NCBI GenBank assembly: GCA_012295275.1
Contig: CM022677.1
Span: forward strand, 7,378,001 to 7,442,000
DNA: 64,000 nucleotides
Direction of reading: 5' to 3'
DNA from: Chrysomallon squamiferum
Taxonomy: Eukaryota > Animalia > Mollusca
A model generated the notes under the pieces. It saw only the letters and a list, made by a program, of their open reading frames with translations. It ran no database searches and was not told where the DNA came from. Both the position numbers and the translations under genes were made by a program. Shown here one piece after another: positions 14,761 to 27,815 of this stretch. Within the stretch, counting starts at the first letter, position 1; the number at the start of each line of letters is the position of its first letter.

Positions 14761-16631
14761 CTGTAAATTGAAAAGAATTCGTTATCAAAAAATGTGAGCC
14801 TATGAAAAATGTGAGGCATTTTAGTCAAATAACTAATTTTTATCTAATTTTTTTATACCACCTCTAATGCATTGAATATGGAAATAAATATTAAAATAAA
14901 AAATTATAAATGATTTCAAGTACTGTTTTACTGTTTTACTCAGAGCTGTCCGCTATGGAGTTTTAGCAGAGTAACGTGTCCACATTATGGTAATATTCAT
15001 CCACCAGTGAGTGATTAAAAATAAAATAAAAGAAAATAAAAGAAATATTAATCTTATCCTGCAGCGCAGTTTATATGGCAAAATGTTGAATCAGCAAAAA
15101 TAATATTTTATATTCGTTTCAAAATCATCACCTTTTCCTGCATTTTTTTGTTGTTTTCAAAAAAAAAAAAAAAAAAAAAAGACATTGTCTTTGCCTGGAA
15201 AGTTGTTTTACATGGTAGACTGTAAAACTGATGACGAAATCGAGACCTCGCATCTGCTTTGAATATGTTTTAGTCCATGTTTACTATCGAATGACAAGTT
15301 TAAATAAGGACTATTCAACTAGTTGATAATATTATATAAAACCAAGCAGGTATCATATGAATAAACCTTTATTCATTAATTTTTTTATTATTATTATTTT
15401 AATTATTATTATTACTTGATTACAGCTTTCATCATAAAGAAAGTATTAAACACAATTTTACAATCACATTGCAAGAGTATTTCAAAATTATTAATTTTAT
15501 AACGTACATACAACACTGAAACAGTAAGTTTGATAGGAGATACACAGAAAGTATATAAACTATTAGGACAAAAAATAATAAAAAAAAAATAATAAAATAA
15601 AATAAAATAAATCCTTAATTTTCCCCTGATTTAAATAATATAAAGAAAAATAATTTTTGTTTTTTTTAATGAAAAATTCTAATTGCCCCTAATTACATAA
15701 TTTTCAATTATATTTACATTGATTACCCCAGCAAACCCTTGAATTCCAGCTGATTTAATTTTAAATTATAGAAATTTACAACAAAATTATTAGTATTATA
15801 TGAATGGAACTGTTGTGTGTGTGGCTGTATGTGTTGTGTGTATATTTTGAGAGAGAGAGAGAACTAAAATGCAGTGTATGATACAAAATTCTAATGTATG
15901 TGCATAAGAAATACATAAGAAAACAAACTCAAATTCACCTGTTCAGTTTTGTTTTTTTCTCTTTTCCAGTGGCAGCAGTACAAACTTTATCCTCAGTGCT
16001 GGACAGCACCTTCTACTGAAACAACTTCACTAGCCAACATCAGCACATCAATTAGAGCTGTATGTGCATTCTGACAATAAAAATAATAAAGTGTTATAAA
16101 TAAATATGATATTATTAAAATATAAATTGTACTGGTACCAGTTACTGGATTATTCAGACACAAAGGAGTGTAGGTTATTTTCATATACTTTGTATAATCA
16201 TTATAATTTTTTTTGGATTTTTAACACATGGTTTAACACCTGATTATTTTTTATATACTTTGTATAATCATTATAATGATAATGGTGATAATGGTAATAA
16301 TTTAAATAATTATCAAAACAACATCAAACAAATGATTATTATTATTATGCTGTTTTACAATCAGTAAATAATTGTTACTATAAAACTTATTTTACTCACT
16401 AAGGAATAAAACTAAGATAAGAATTTACAACTTGGAATTGTGCAGTCTGCAGTGTCTGTACAGCTGATTCATCCTTCTCCATAAAGTAAATTTCCTTTCT
16501 AAATAGCACCTGAATAATACTGCAATGACCTATATAAAATATTTAATGTGAATGGTAAATAAAGTTTTTAGAAATTCCAACATGAACATAATACCTTTTT
16601 TTTTATTGATTATTATCATTCGTGCAATATT

Positions 16632-16692
<61 letters not shown>

Positions 16693-17664
16693 ACACACAC
16701 ACACACAGACCCAAAACACACACACACACACAGACACACAGACACACATACACATATATAAACTAATGAAACATGCCCTACCACTGTTGAGAGGTTTCTA
16801 AAAACATTCTAATACAGGCCTGACACATCACTTGACACCAGACTGTTGACTCACATTATCAATAGTCTCTAGCATCCCTTCTCTGGAAAATGATTTTTGT
16901 GATGATGAAGTAGGGGACAGGGACCTGTGTGCATTGGTCCCACACTGTTGTCTGAATCAGGTAAAGGACTAGCTCGTTCCTTCGAACTGTCAATGTGGTG
17001 AGACATCACTCATGAACGCTGCCTTCCTGAGTCTCATCTTGTTCTGCTTCAGCTACAGCCTCTGTTTTCTTTATCTTCACATCCAGCTTCATTCTCAGAG
17101 TGGCAAGCTCAACTTCCTGGCTGTTGTCATTGCCACCGTCATGCAGAGCCATTGCAGTCATCTGCCACGTTGTTTTGTTTGCCAGCGCAGACTGCAGACT
17201 TCAATGGTGCTCTAACCTTTCCTTCTTCTTCCTATCCATGCTGAATGTAAACCATCGTTGTATCCATATTATAGATATTCTAGCAGCACTTGCACTCTAC
17301 ACAGTGGTTCTGGTCAATGATTATGTAGCTGGATGAGAAATTTATAAAATGTTTCATTAACATCTGATTTTTCATAGAAAATTCTTTAAATTCATTTGGA
17401 CCATTTTCTCCGTATGTCCTGGAAAACATCCCAAATAAACAAATATTAGTAATGATAAGAAAAAGAAAATGAATAATAATAATAAAGATTAAAAAAATAA
17501 TAATAAAAATAAAACATTTTAATAACAAAAAGTAGTACTAATAATAAGAAGATAAAAAAGAAGGAAGTAGAACAAAACAAAACAAAATGTAAATTTATTA
17601 AAATTGACAATTAAGAAAAAGAATGGAAACAAAGAACAGTTACCACTGAGGATAACAAATTTTT

Positions 17665-17699
<35 letters not shown>

Positions 17700-17754
17700 A
17701 ATATTATTATAACAAATAAATTTGTATTTATCTTTATTTGTTTTTAGTGTTAAC

Positions 17755-17977
17755 ACTGAGCTATACAGGTATTTAGCTTAAATAATGAAACCATTTATGG
17801 CCCCACCCATTATAACCTTTAATATGTTTTAAAAAATCAATTAAATATGTTTAATAATGTATAGAGCATGAATTTAACATGAATTTAAAAAGAAAAATCA
17901 TAAAAAAACTGACAGAAAACAACGTGTGAAACAAAATTAGCATATTTTAAAAATAGTTTTATTAGTTTATTTCAAAA

Positions 17978-18023
<46 letters not shown>

Positions 18024-18308
18024 AATCCTTTGACAGTCGACACATAGTTGTCCTGTGATGTGTGCTACACAAGTCAATTTATTTTAAGACAACTTTAATT
18101 ACTGGTCACACAAAATTTGCCCCCGATATATCATATATGATTGGTATTCATATTTCAGCTTGTAAGTAAAGGAAGACATGTATTGATCATTAACCTCTGA
18201 AGTAAGATTTAAAAACATTCTTCAGAAACTAACTCATCATTTTTTTAACATCCCAGTCACCCAAACAGAACTTTGGTAGCATTTGGTGACTGGCCATTAC
18301 AAGCCCTG
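17755..18308 (+). mobile_element. 3' end of a hAT-type DNA transposon
   Basis: Ends ...GCATTTGGTGACTGGCCATTACAAGCCCTG (reverse complement CAGGGCTTGTAATGGCCAGTCACCAAATGC), a CAGGG-type hAT terminus. A related terminus lies at 59125-59160. The homologous segment at 25655-26145 follows a hAT transposase remnant. Confidence 0.65.
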
Positions 18309-20286
18309 CATTCATATGTAATGTACATGTGTACTTAAACACATTACTATTATTTATTATTATAAAACATATTGATACCACTTACTTCAGAAGAGTTCTC
18401 CGTTTTATTGACTTCCTCTGACTGGCTAGTAAGAATATCAGAAGAATTTGTCATCTTCAGGTCTTTTTTGTCATAATCGCCTACAAAACCAGAAAGAGAT
18501 TTAGTTTCAGATTGCACAATTATGTTTGCAAAACAAGATTACTAATTTAGCAATTTTGGAAGTAAAGCTGGATTAGCCACAGTTAACAAACTCAAAATGG
18601 TTTCCAGCTTACAGTTTGTTTTATCTGTATTCACTGAGTACATTTCTCTCTTTTATTTCCTCTTTCATCTTGAACTTCTACAATGATCTAGCAGACTGTT
18701 TTGGCAGGCATCCCAGCTACTAATAATTATTTATGATGAGCCTAAAACTGTGACAGGAATATATCTCATAAATAAAAATTAAAGAAAGACATTTAGTGCC
18801 ATATCTAAACAAATTACTTCTGCTAGTTAGATTCTTCAATGGAATGAAGGTCAGATCTATATCTGCTATTAATTTAAATATTTATATAAACACACAGAGA
18901 AGTTTTGAATGCCAGTATTTTAAAAAATAAATATATAAAATAAAGTAAATATTAAAAATAAAATATTAATTAAATCTAAATAGATTACAGAGATAACAAA
19001 TATGTCTAAAATAAAGATGAATTTGAATCACATAATTAAACTAAAGAAAAATGTTTCATTCAGAAACACATTAAACAAAATTAATATAGATCAGTTTTTC
19101 TTTATGAACTGATTTCATGCATAACTGAACATCACTCCTTTAGCCATGTGCTTCTTAGCTGAATTTTTGTTAGATGAAACTGTTTTGACTACTCCTATTA
19201 CAAATATAAGCTAAAAAGAAATAAAATAATGCTAATGGAAGTATTCTAAGTCACCTGCTGCTCAACTTCCAGGCTTTTGTCTTTACCACACACAGTGTTT
19301 CTCTTTGCCTGGTTTTAGCATGTTTAAGTTTTTCAAATTTTTTTTCTCCCTGATATTTGATGTTGAGATTGGTGACCTGGTGTAAGACTCTCCAACTTAA
19401 GAATTGTTGACGTGGTCAGCTTTAATGTCCAGGTCACCAAAATTTAGCTCTTCATCAGCAGAACTTTGAATAACTCTTGAGTCAGAGTCACATTGGTGGG
19501 TGCACTGCCTAGTTTGAGTAAATAAATAAATAAATAAATAAATAAAATATTGTAAAAAATATAAAATAAATAAAATACTGCTACTACTACATTTTAGTGC
19601 AATACTACATGCTACTTTTAAAACCATCATTACTATAACTAAAATGTACTCGTTCCTTATTCAACTAGGGTGACTGTTATTGAAATATTACTCCTATTAC
19701 TAAAATTTCTATCCATTAATAATAAAAGTGATTTTTTTACTCTCTTCATTATTACTCCTATGCATGTATTTCTTTATACTAATATTATTATAATTACTAT
19801 AACAACAACTATGATTACTGTTACTACTACTATCACTGCTGTTACACTACTCTTCTTGTTACAATTTCTCTAAAAACAATTACTATCAGTACTGCTACTA
19901 CTACTACTTCCACCACTACAACCAGTAATTTGACTCTGAACAGTTTTATTAATTAATCACCGCGAGTCTCACAAGACACATTACAAAGCTATGGAGAAAG
20001 CATCGTCAGCTAAAACATCACCAAGATCAAATCTACATCATTACTACAACAAGTAGTATTATTATTACAAGTACTAATGCTGTAACAACTACATTACTAC
20101 AACAACGGCAGTGACTAATACTACTACTATAACAACAACCTCGATAGATGTTCCTGTTTTGCCATATATTCTTTGATGACATTTCTCTCCTGTGGTGAGC
20201 TCACAGAATTAGCTCTTCTTATATACAGAGCAGTTTCTGAAAAACAAGTCGTTTTTTTATTTACCTTTGTAGTTATATATGCATCT

Positions 20287-20370
<84 letters not shown>

Positions 20371-20761
20371 AAGACATATATTATAAAAAAACAAAAAAGA
20401 AAACCAAACCTAATATTATAATATGAAATATGTTGATTAACTAGTTATTAAGATTCATATATTTTAAAATTACAACCTGATACATTGTTTTATTTACAAA
20501 AATTGTGTATTAAACCAACCACGAAAATTGAGAGACTGCAGACAATAGAAACTATAGACAACAGCTAAAGTACATCCATCTCCAATGTATTTTAGTGTGT
20601 CTGTCATCACAGGAACAGTGACATTGTGTGAAGGCTGACAGTTCCAGTCTGGTAACAGAAAAGTTATATATTTTAAAATACTCATAACTTATGATGGTCC
20701 TTCTTCTTTTGTTTTAAAATGTAGAAACTTACAACAAGTTAATGAAGTCTATAATGAATGG

Positions 20762-20853
<92 letters not shown>

Positions 20854-21569
20854 AAATGTTGTGTATGACACAAGATTCTAATGTATGTTACACAATGCAA
20901 CTTCCTACATTAAATTAAATTAAACTTCATTAGGTTTAGAATAATAAGAAAACAAACTCAAATTCACCTGTTCAGTTTTTTTCTCTTTTCCAGTGGCAGC
21001 AGTACAAACTTAATCTTCAGTGCTGGACAGCACCTTCTACTGAAACACCTTCACTAGCCAATATCAGCATCAATTAGAGCTGTATGTGCATTCTGAAAAA
21101 AATACAAAATAAAATAATAAAAATAATAAACTTATAAATAAATAGTTAATGTTTCTGTTATTATTAAAATTTAAATCGTACAGGTACGATTTACTGGATT
21201 ATTCAACCACAAAGGGGTGTGGGATATTTTTGATATACTTTGTATAATCATTATAATGATAATGATGATAATGGTAATAATTTAAATAATTAACAAAACA
21301 ATTGCTACTAAATGATTATTATTATGCTGTTTTACAATCAGTAAAGATTTGTTACTATAAAACTTATTTTATTTGCTAAGAAATAAAAATAAGATAAAAA
21401 AACTTACTACTTGGAATTGTGAGGTCTGCAGTGTCTGAGAGGTTTCTGAAAACATTCTAACACAGGCCTGACACATCACTTGACACCAGAATATTGATTT
21501 ATCTTATTATTAGTCTCTTGTATCCCTTATCTGGAAAATGGCCTGGATTTGTGTGATGCTGATGCAGGC

Positions 21570-23798
21570 GTCTTTACATTTCATGATGCACTGGCACAGA
21601 TGAGAACAGCCTAACAAAACAAATCAGGAAAATATTTTTATGAAACTTAGGGAACCACTAAGCAGTTGCCAGTGGGTTGATTTTTTTTTTTTAAATCAGA
21701 GTTTTTGGTTTGTTTAGCAGCTCTGTGCTCCAAGGCTGTTTTACCACCTACACTTCTGTTCACTGGTTTTGCCTTATGATTCAACTTGAGCCTTTTGGCT
21801 TTCTGTTCAATCTCCAGCTTAGCTTGTTCAAGTTTTTTCTGGCAATAGTAGTTTTAGTGTAAACCATACTCTGGTCTACAGGAGTTCTGAGAATGTCATC
21901 GCGATGGAATGCCTGGATGGAGGTGGTATGCTTGGCAGAAAGATCATATCGGACACTCTGCATTGCAGAGTAGGTGGCCATTTCTAAAATTTGACTTCTT
22001 TTTGACAATGTCATTCATCTGACTGAACGATTGTTCAATATGCTTAGACTTAGCCAATATGGGATACCTCCCAAATATTTTAACTGAACAACTTTCCATC
22101 AACTTCTGCTGGTGGTAGGTCTTGATCTACTTGCAAATGAGATGCCGTCAACAGATAAGTGTCATATTCTTTGTTTTGTAACACAGTGGGCATGAAGTCC
22201 TTCAATTTTGTCAATGCACCACATGCCATGGATTGTCCCTGAATTTTGGGATCTAGGGCTGACACACACAGAAGCAACACATTTTCCAAGGGGAGCTTCT
22301 GCTGCATGTATTTAGAGGAGACTAAATGCTTTCTTCCCTGTTTTCATTAATTCAACTGCCTCCTTTCTTTGGATAGGTTTCTTCTTCATTGCATCAACAA
22401 TGGACTGTGTGGCTGATCCAATGAATATGGACTGGATGGGAAGGTGATTTGCCTCATCTTCTGCATCAATTCTCTTCAACTGTTTGAAATTAGTATCTCT
22501 GAGGACCTCCTGCTTCAGGAAACATGCTAAGAAGTGATGGAAGAGGTCAACCATCTCATCATGTAACCTATATATAATCGGTTGCTTTAGTTCAAACATG
22601 AGGAGCAAAGTTTTGAATATGGTCAGTAGGGCTGAGTGTAAACGTTTGTTCATATTTATAGAGTGTCCTGGTCACTATCCTCTCCTTGTGGCTGTTTCCA
22701 TCCTGTGTCAGGTTCTTCTGGTTCATATTGTTTCTGGGCATTCACAACTGTCATGTCTTCAGACTTGAAGTGTTTGACTACAGCCTCTTGCTGTGACTCA
22801 GAGAAGTAGCTAACTAATGTAGAGAGCACTGTTTTGTTGTTGTCCATGTTCATCAAAAAGAAACTTTGTTTAAAGTCATTCAGTAGCCTCTTCTGAGACA
22901 AAGAACCAAGTCCTACTCATCTTATAAGAAGCAGTGCTGCAATGCATACATGATACGGCATCCATTGCCTTTTTATCTCTAGCAATTTCTTTAGCATATT
23001 CTATCATTTTGGGGACCATGCTCAGTGGCAGGGAATTCTGAGTAAATGACAACATAAAGGCCTCCAGGTGAGTTTTCCAATCAGTTACACTGACCAAAGG
23101 TGCAGGCCTTGGCAGCACAGGATTTGAAACTGCCTTACCACTGCCACAGTTTTGGGGAGCACCATATGGAATTGCAGCTGTTTCCTGCCAAACACGAATG
23201 TCAATGTCCATATCACCATTTTCCATTGCCTGTGTCAATGTGGAATGTGAGGAGTGTGCTGCCTGGCATTCCAAATGTCAATATACTTCATTTCTTTGTG
23301 TGTGCTTTTAGGTCGGCTTTGCCTCTACTCGAATATTTTAGCTTGGCATTGCACCACACACAAATTACAAAACCCAGCTCGTCAATCTTTCTGAAATACT
23401 TAATAAATCACGGGTTTCATCCTTTTCTTCCAACCACGTCCACTGAAACTTATTCTTCACATCCCTCTCCAAAGCATTCAGGTCAGCAGTTCAGTCAGTT
23501 ATTTTGTATGACATCATAAATTGTCTATTCACACTGGAATTTCAATAACAAAAACACGAAGCCGCCATTCATGCATGCAAGCCATTGTTCACACTGTGCA
23601 CAGATCCTGCACACTTACCTCTCACAAGGTAAGTTAAAACATGGCTGCAGCCACGCATTGCCACGAGCACTGCCATGTTGGTTCAATGACTGAATTGGTG
23701 GTTTGTGCAAAAACTGGAACGGTCCCAAATATCCGGAAAAAAATGTAGCAAATCAAAAATCCAGAATGCCGGATAAATCCGGAAAATTCTCATCTATG
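21570..23798 (-). mobile_element. Decayed DNA transposon, hAT-like transposase in several frameshifted pieces, one terminus retained
   Basis: Absent from the paralogous copy near 16900-16945. Consecutive minus ORFs (LPLSMVPKMIEYAKE; TVLSTLVSYFSESQQEAVVKHF; FELKQPIIYRLHDEM; MQQKLPLENVLLLCVSALDP; IEQSFSQMN..ATYSAMQSVRYDL) resemble invertebrate hAT transposases. TIR-like end CATAGATGAGAATTTTCCGGATTTATCCGG at 23769-23798 (-). Confidence 0.8.
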
Positions 23799-24759
23799 AG
23801 ACAGTTCACATTCAGTTGTCTGAATTCTGAATCAGGTAAAGGACTAGCTTGATCCTTCTAATTGTCAATGTGGCGAGACATCACTCATGAATGTTGCCTT
23901 CACGAATCTCATCTTATTCTGCTGCAGCTATAATCTCTGTTTTCTTCTCTGTTTTCTTTATCTTCTCATCCAGCTTCATTCTCAGAGCGGCAAGCTCAGA
24001 CGTCTCCTGCTGCTCAACTTTCTGGCTGTTGTCTTTGCCATCATCATGCAGAGCAATCGCTGTCATCTACCAAGTTGTTTTGTTTGGCAGCGTAGCAGAT
24101 GAAGTGTTTTTACCAGCATCAGCTTGTTTTCACAAGAACACAGACTTGATTATCAGAGAAGCAATAAAGATAAAAAAAACAAATAATAATAATAAAAAAA
24201 TCAACATAATAGTTATAAAAACAGAATAGTAGTAATATACTAAGAAGAAGATAAAAAAGAAGGAAGTACAACAAAACAAAACACAACAAAATGTAAATAA
24301 ATAAATTAAAATTGACAATTAGTGAATTTTGAAAAAATAAGGGAAACTGAGAATTTTTGATCATTTAAACAAATAAAGCACTTCTACCTTGCTCGCATCC
24401 TTCTTTTTAATTCTTCCAGACTAGAAATGTTGAAAATACCATCACATACAGACACAGGCATTGAAATAAGTCCAGAACGCACGTTCAGGAACTCTGTTCT
24501 TGACATAATTCTTCAATAAACGGCTAATTTCCTTTCCGATACTTTTGGCGATAAACATCGTGGTGACTGATTCTGGAATTGCATTTTTTTCTTCTTTTTC
24601 TCGTATGTAATTCCACTAAAGTTACCACCCAAAGATTTTTAATGCTTCTACCTTTAAGATGCATCCATGGTGAAACGTCACATGTTTAGTGAGTCGGTCC
24701 GCAGCGACGTCACTTAGTTCAAACAAGACAATCAGTTGAGTAATAAGCAAAAACAACAA

Positions 24760-25600
24760 GCTGAAAAATAAAATAAAAGTTTGTTTGAACCATGTTCACC
24801 AGGGATGAGAAATGAAACATATAAGAATGAAACCGATCCCAACAATTTCAACACAGCTGATTAAATGAATGGATTATTTCAATGACCCTATCTTCAAGGC
24901 AATGAATGTAGCTGATTATACTCAGTGGGATATATAATGATCCAAAATATTGCTTGGAACAACTTAATCTGTTATCTAAACATTTTGCTGAAAGCCTAGC
25001 ATACCACAACTTTGCCCTCATTATGGCTGTTGCTTAATGGAGAGGTTTAAAGAAACTTGTGGCAAACAAATTCATTCACTTCAAAAGCAAACAAGGTATG
25101 TTGTTTCAAATATTCATTCTGAATATCCACACATTCTTCTTATCATTGAAATCATCTTGGTGGTTGCACTTGCTAGTGCAAGTGTTGAGAGGGGCATAAG
25201 CGCTCTGGATGATTTGCTGGTGATTAGTTAACCTACCTTCACTTATAAGCTGTGACCCTTCATATGTAACAAAAACTTACAGAGATAGCTGTTTCCCTGT
25301 ATGCAGATGATAAAAAACAAAGAAAAAGACCAGCATCTTGTAAAATAGACAACATCCTGATTGTAGACTCATTGTCAGACTCACAAGATTTACCTGTGCC
25401 CTCTTCAGATGTGATAAAAATAACCTGCAATGAACTAATATGTGTAGAGGACTTTCTTGCTACTACAACATCACATTCAGCAGACTTGGTTGATGCTCGA
25501 AGTAAAACAGTTGATACTTCAGACATTGATGTCAGTGACGACTCACAGTGCTAACTGAAACAAGTTCATCATTCAGATTCTCATGTTTGATGAGTTAAGT
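24760..25600 (+). mobile_element. hAT transposase C-terminal remnant (ZNF862-like, hATC dimerisation motif)
   Basis: SEYPHILLIIEIILVVALASASVERGIS (in ORF 25037-25231) matches the hATC signature (P..L.....S.A.VER.FS). Upstream frameshifted FNDPIFKAMNVADYTQW..NDPKYCLEQLNLLSKHF. Confidence 0.8.
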
Positions 25601-25874
25601 AAAACAATAAAAACAACACAAATTGTCATGATTTATTAGTTTTTAATTTTAATATAGAGTTATACAGTTATTTAGCTTTAATAATATGAAAGCATTTAGG
25701 GCCCCACCTAGTATAACCTTTAATATGGTTAAAAAATCATTTAAATATGTTTAATAATGTATAGACTAAGTCAGCAATTTAACATAAATCTTTAAAAATA
25801 CTAAATCATAAATAACCTGACAGAAAACAACCTGTCAAAGAAAATTAGTATATTTTCTTTTAATTGTTTTATTA

Positions 25875-25913
<39 letters not shown>

Positions 25914-25993
25914 AATAATAATAATAATAATAATAATAGTTTTATTAGTCTATTTAAAAAAATAAAAAATAAAATAACTAAAAAAAAAATAAA

Positions 25994-26024
<31 letters not shown>

Positions 26025-26273
26025 TAAATTTAAAATTCTCAGTGAGTTGTTGTGTGGTGTTTTCTTTTAAAATAAGTTTAATTACTGGCCACCCAAAATT
26101 TGCCCGATAGGCTGATACATCATATACTGATAAAGTGATTGGTAAAACAAAATAAAAGACTAAACATGATTTCTTGTTTATATGACGTTGTTTATGCTGT
26201 TCACATTAGTACAAACACTTGTGAATTTTATTAATGATCGAGAGTCGTTATTTGAAAAAAAAAAAAAATAATA

Positions 26274-26316
<43 letters not shown>

Positions 26317-26545
26317 AATAAATAAATAAATAATTATTGTTCCCGATTAAGATGGCTGCCATCATGCGGCTATGACTTTTAAATTATAAATAAATAAAAC
26401 CAAAAAAAAATCCAAACACATTAACAACAATAATAATAAATAGTAATACCTGTCTCCTGTAATGTTTTAAGAAACTTCTTTGTTGGATGATAATGCGATT
26501 ACACCAATTCTGAATAAGATTCTTCAAACGTCAAAGTAAATCCGT

Positions 26546-26920
26546 AAAGACCGGCAATCATCCCGCATTTTTCCGAAACTAATACAGTGGAAAAAAAAAA
26601 AAAAAAAAAAAAAAACGTTGTAATCAAATAAAATAAATAAAGGAACATAATATCCTTTATTAATATACGTACTAATTATAAATCGAAATGGTTCTTTTTT
26701 TTATTATTGTTAGATTTTTTTAATTCTTTTTTAGTCTTATTATTAGCCAATCGTAAATCCATAAACACCGGCAATCATCCCGCATTTTTCTGCAAATACT
26801 AAAAACAACAACAAAAAAAGTTCAAAACAAATAACCTAAATAAAGGAACATAATAACCTTTATTAACATATACTTATTTTAATAGTTTTTAATCAAATTA
26901 TAAATCGATATGGTTCATTT
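26546..26920. repeat. ~220-bp-period local direct duplication
   Basis: ACCGGCAATCATCCCGCATTTTTC at ~26550 and ~26767, each followed by AAATAAAGGAACATAATA.CCTTTATTAA and TTATAAATCGA.ATGGTTC. Confidence 0.85.
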
Positions 26921-27176
26921 TACAAATAAACGGTGTTGTTATTTTTTTCACCCTATTTTTTCTTTCTTCTTCTTAATTTATGTTAATGCACCAAATAAAA
27001 TCACAAAACTTAGAACTCACACTACAGTAAGTTGCTAATTATTGTCCAGGAATTTACCAAACTGTGTAGTCTGTGTAAGATATCGCATATATGAAAACTG
27101 TGTATGCGTTAAAACAACAAATAATCCAATCAAACAATTCATAATAGCACTACATTTCAAGTTTATTTCTCTTAAA

Positions 27177-27228
<52 letters not shown>

Positions 27229-27723
27229 TCAATGTCAGTAACAAAGCAGAAACTAATCAAATGAAGGGTATATTCACGTTTTCGTGTGTCTATGAAAGTA
27301 AATATGTTTTAGTATATTTGTGAAATTTCAATTGTATCGTGTTAACCTTTCTTTTGATTATTAATATTAGTGTGTGTGTTTAAAACTGTATTAAGGAGTG
27401 TTTAATGTGAATCAAGTGAAAAGTGACACAGTGTAAATAAATAATGAGTCAAGACAAATACATTTATATTAAATGTCTAAGTACATGAAGATTAACAATG
27501 ATAAAATATTTTATTACAGTATATATCTATTGTGTTAGCGTCTGTAAATATTAAAGACTTCTAAACAAGGGTAAATAAATAAATAATAATAACAACAATA
27601 AAATAATAAAAACGACACCCACACAAACAGATACCTAAACTAACATTTATTTTTATAAATACAACAGGAAAGTAAAAAAGATATGTACTTAAGTAAGAAA
27701 AAAGAGAGTTCCGTGTGGCTGAC

Positions 27724-27815
27724 TCAGGGTTGGATTTAATGTGCTTGTCGCCCATAAGCTAAAGAAATTTTACCGCCCCCGCCTCAAGGCTCAAGTCCCC
27801 TCACCCTTCCCACTT
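27724..27815 (+). mobile_element. Solo left end of a hAT-type MITE
   Basis: CAGGGTTGGATTTAATGTGCTTGTCGCCCATAAGCTAAAGAAATTTTACCGCCCCC resembles the CAGGGCCGGATTTA...GCCCC termini of non-autonomous hAT elements. No partner end found. Confidence 0.5.

Larger units (their letters stand above)
15939..24100 (-). pseudogene. CAMSAP: CAMSAP/patronin-like pseudogene: tandemly multiplied internal fragment with introns
   Basis: Exons 20968-21092 and 15939-16070 begin NAHTALID (the 15939 copy continues VLMLASEVVSVE; cf. CAMSAP AHLAMIDALMMAYTVEMISIE). Exon 20520-20648 reads VPVMTDTLKYIGDGCTLAVVYSFYC (CAMSAP CH domain; cf. PLMEDLMKDGSDGAALLAVIHYYC). Segments 17000-17130 and 23875-24100 read ELA[TA]LRMKLD[VE]KIKKTE...QNKMR..KA[AT]FM (CAMSAP CC1). 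Further AG/GT-bounded exons lie at 18386-18480, ~19255-19509 and ~16781-17418. Stops, frameshifts and deletions occur throughout. Confidence 0.85.
15800..26145. repeat. Diverged tandem segmental duplication (15800-18145 vs 20755-26145, second copy interrupted by insertions)
   Basis: Colinear matches: 15801/20755, 15939/20968, 16431/21410, 16788/21437, 16951/23827, 17530/24230, 17760/25660, 18100/26083. Confidence 0.9.

Noticed and set aside
23100-23519. 139-aa plus-strand ORF
   Set aside because: Antisense shadow of the decayed minus-strand transposase.
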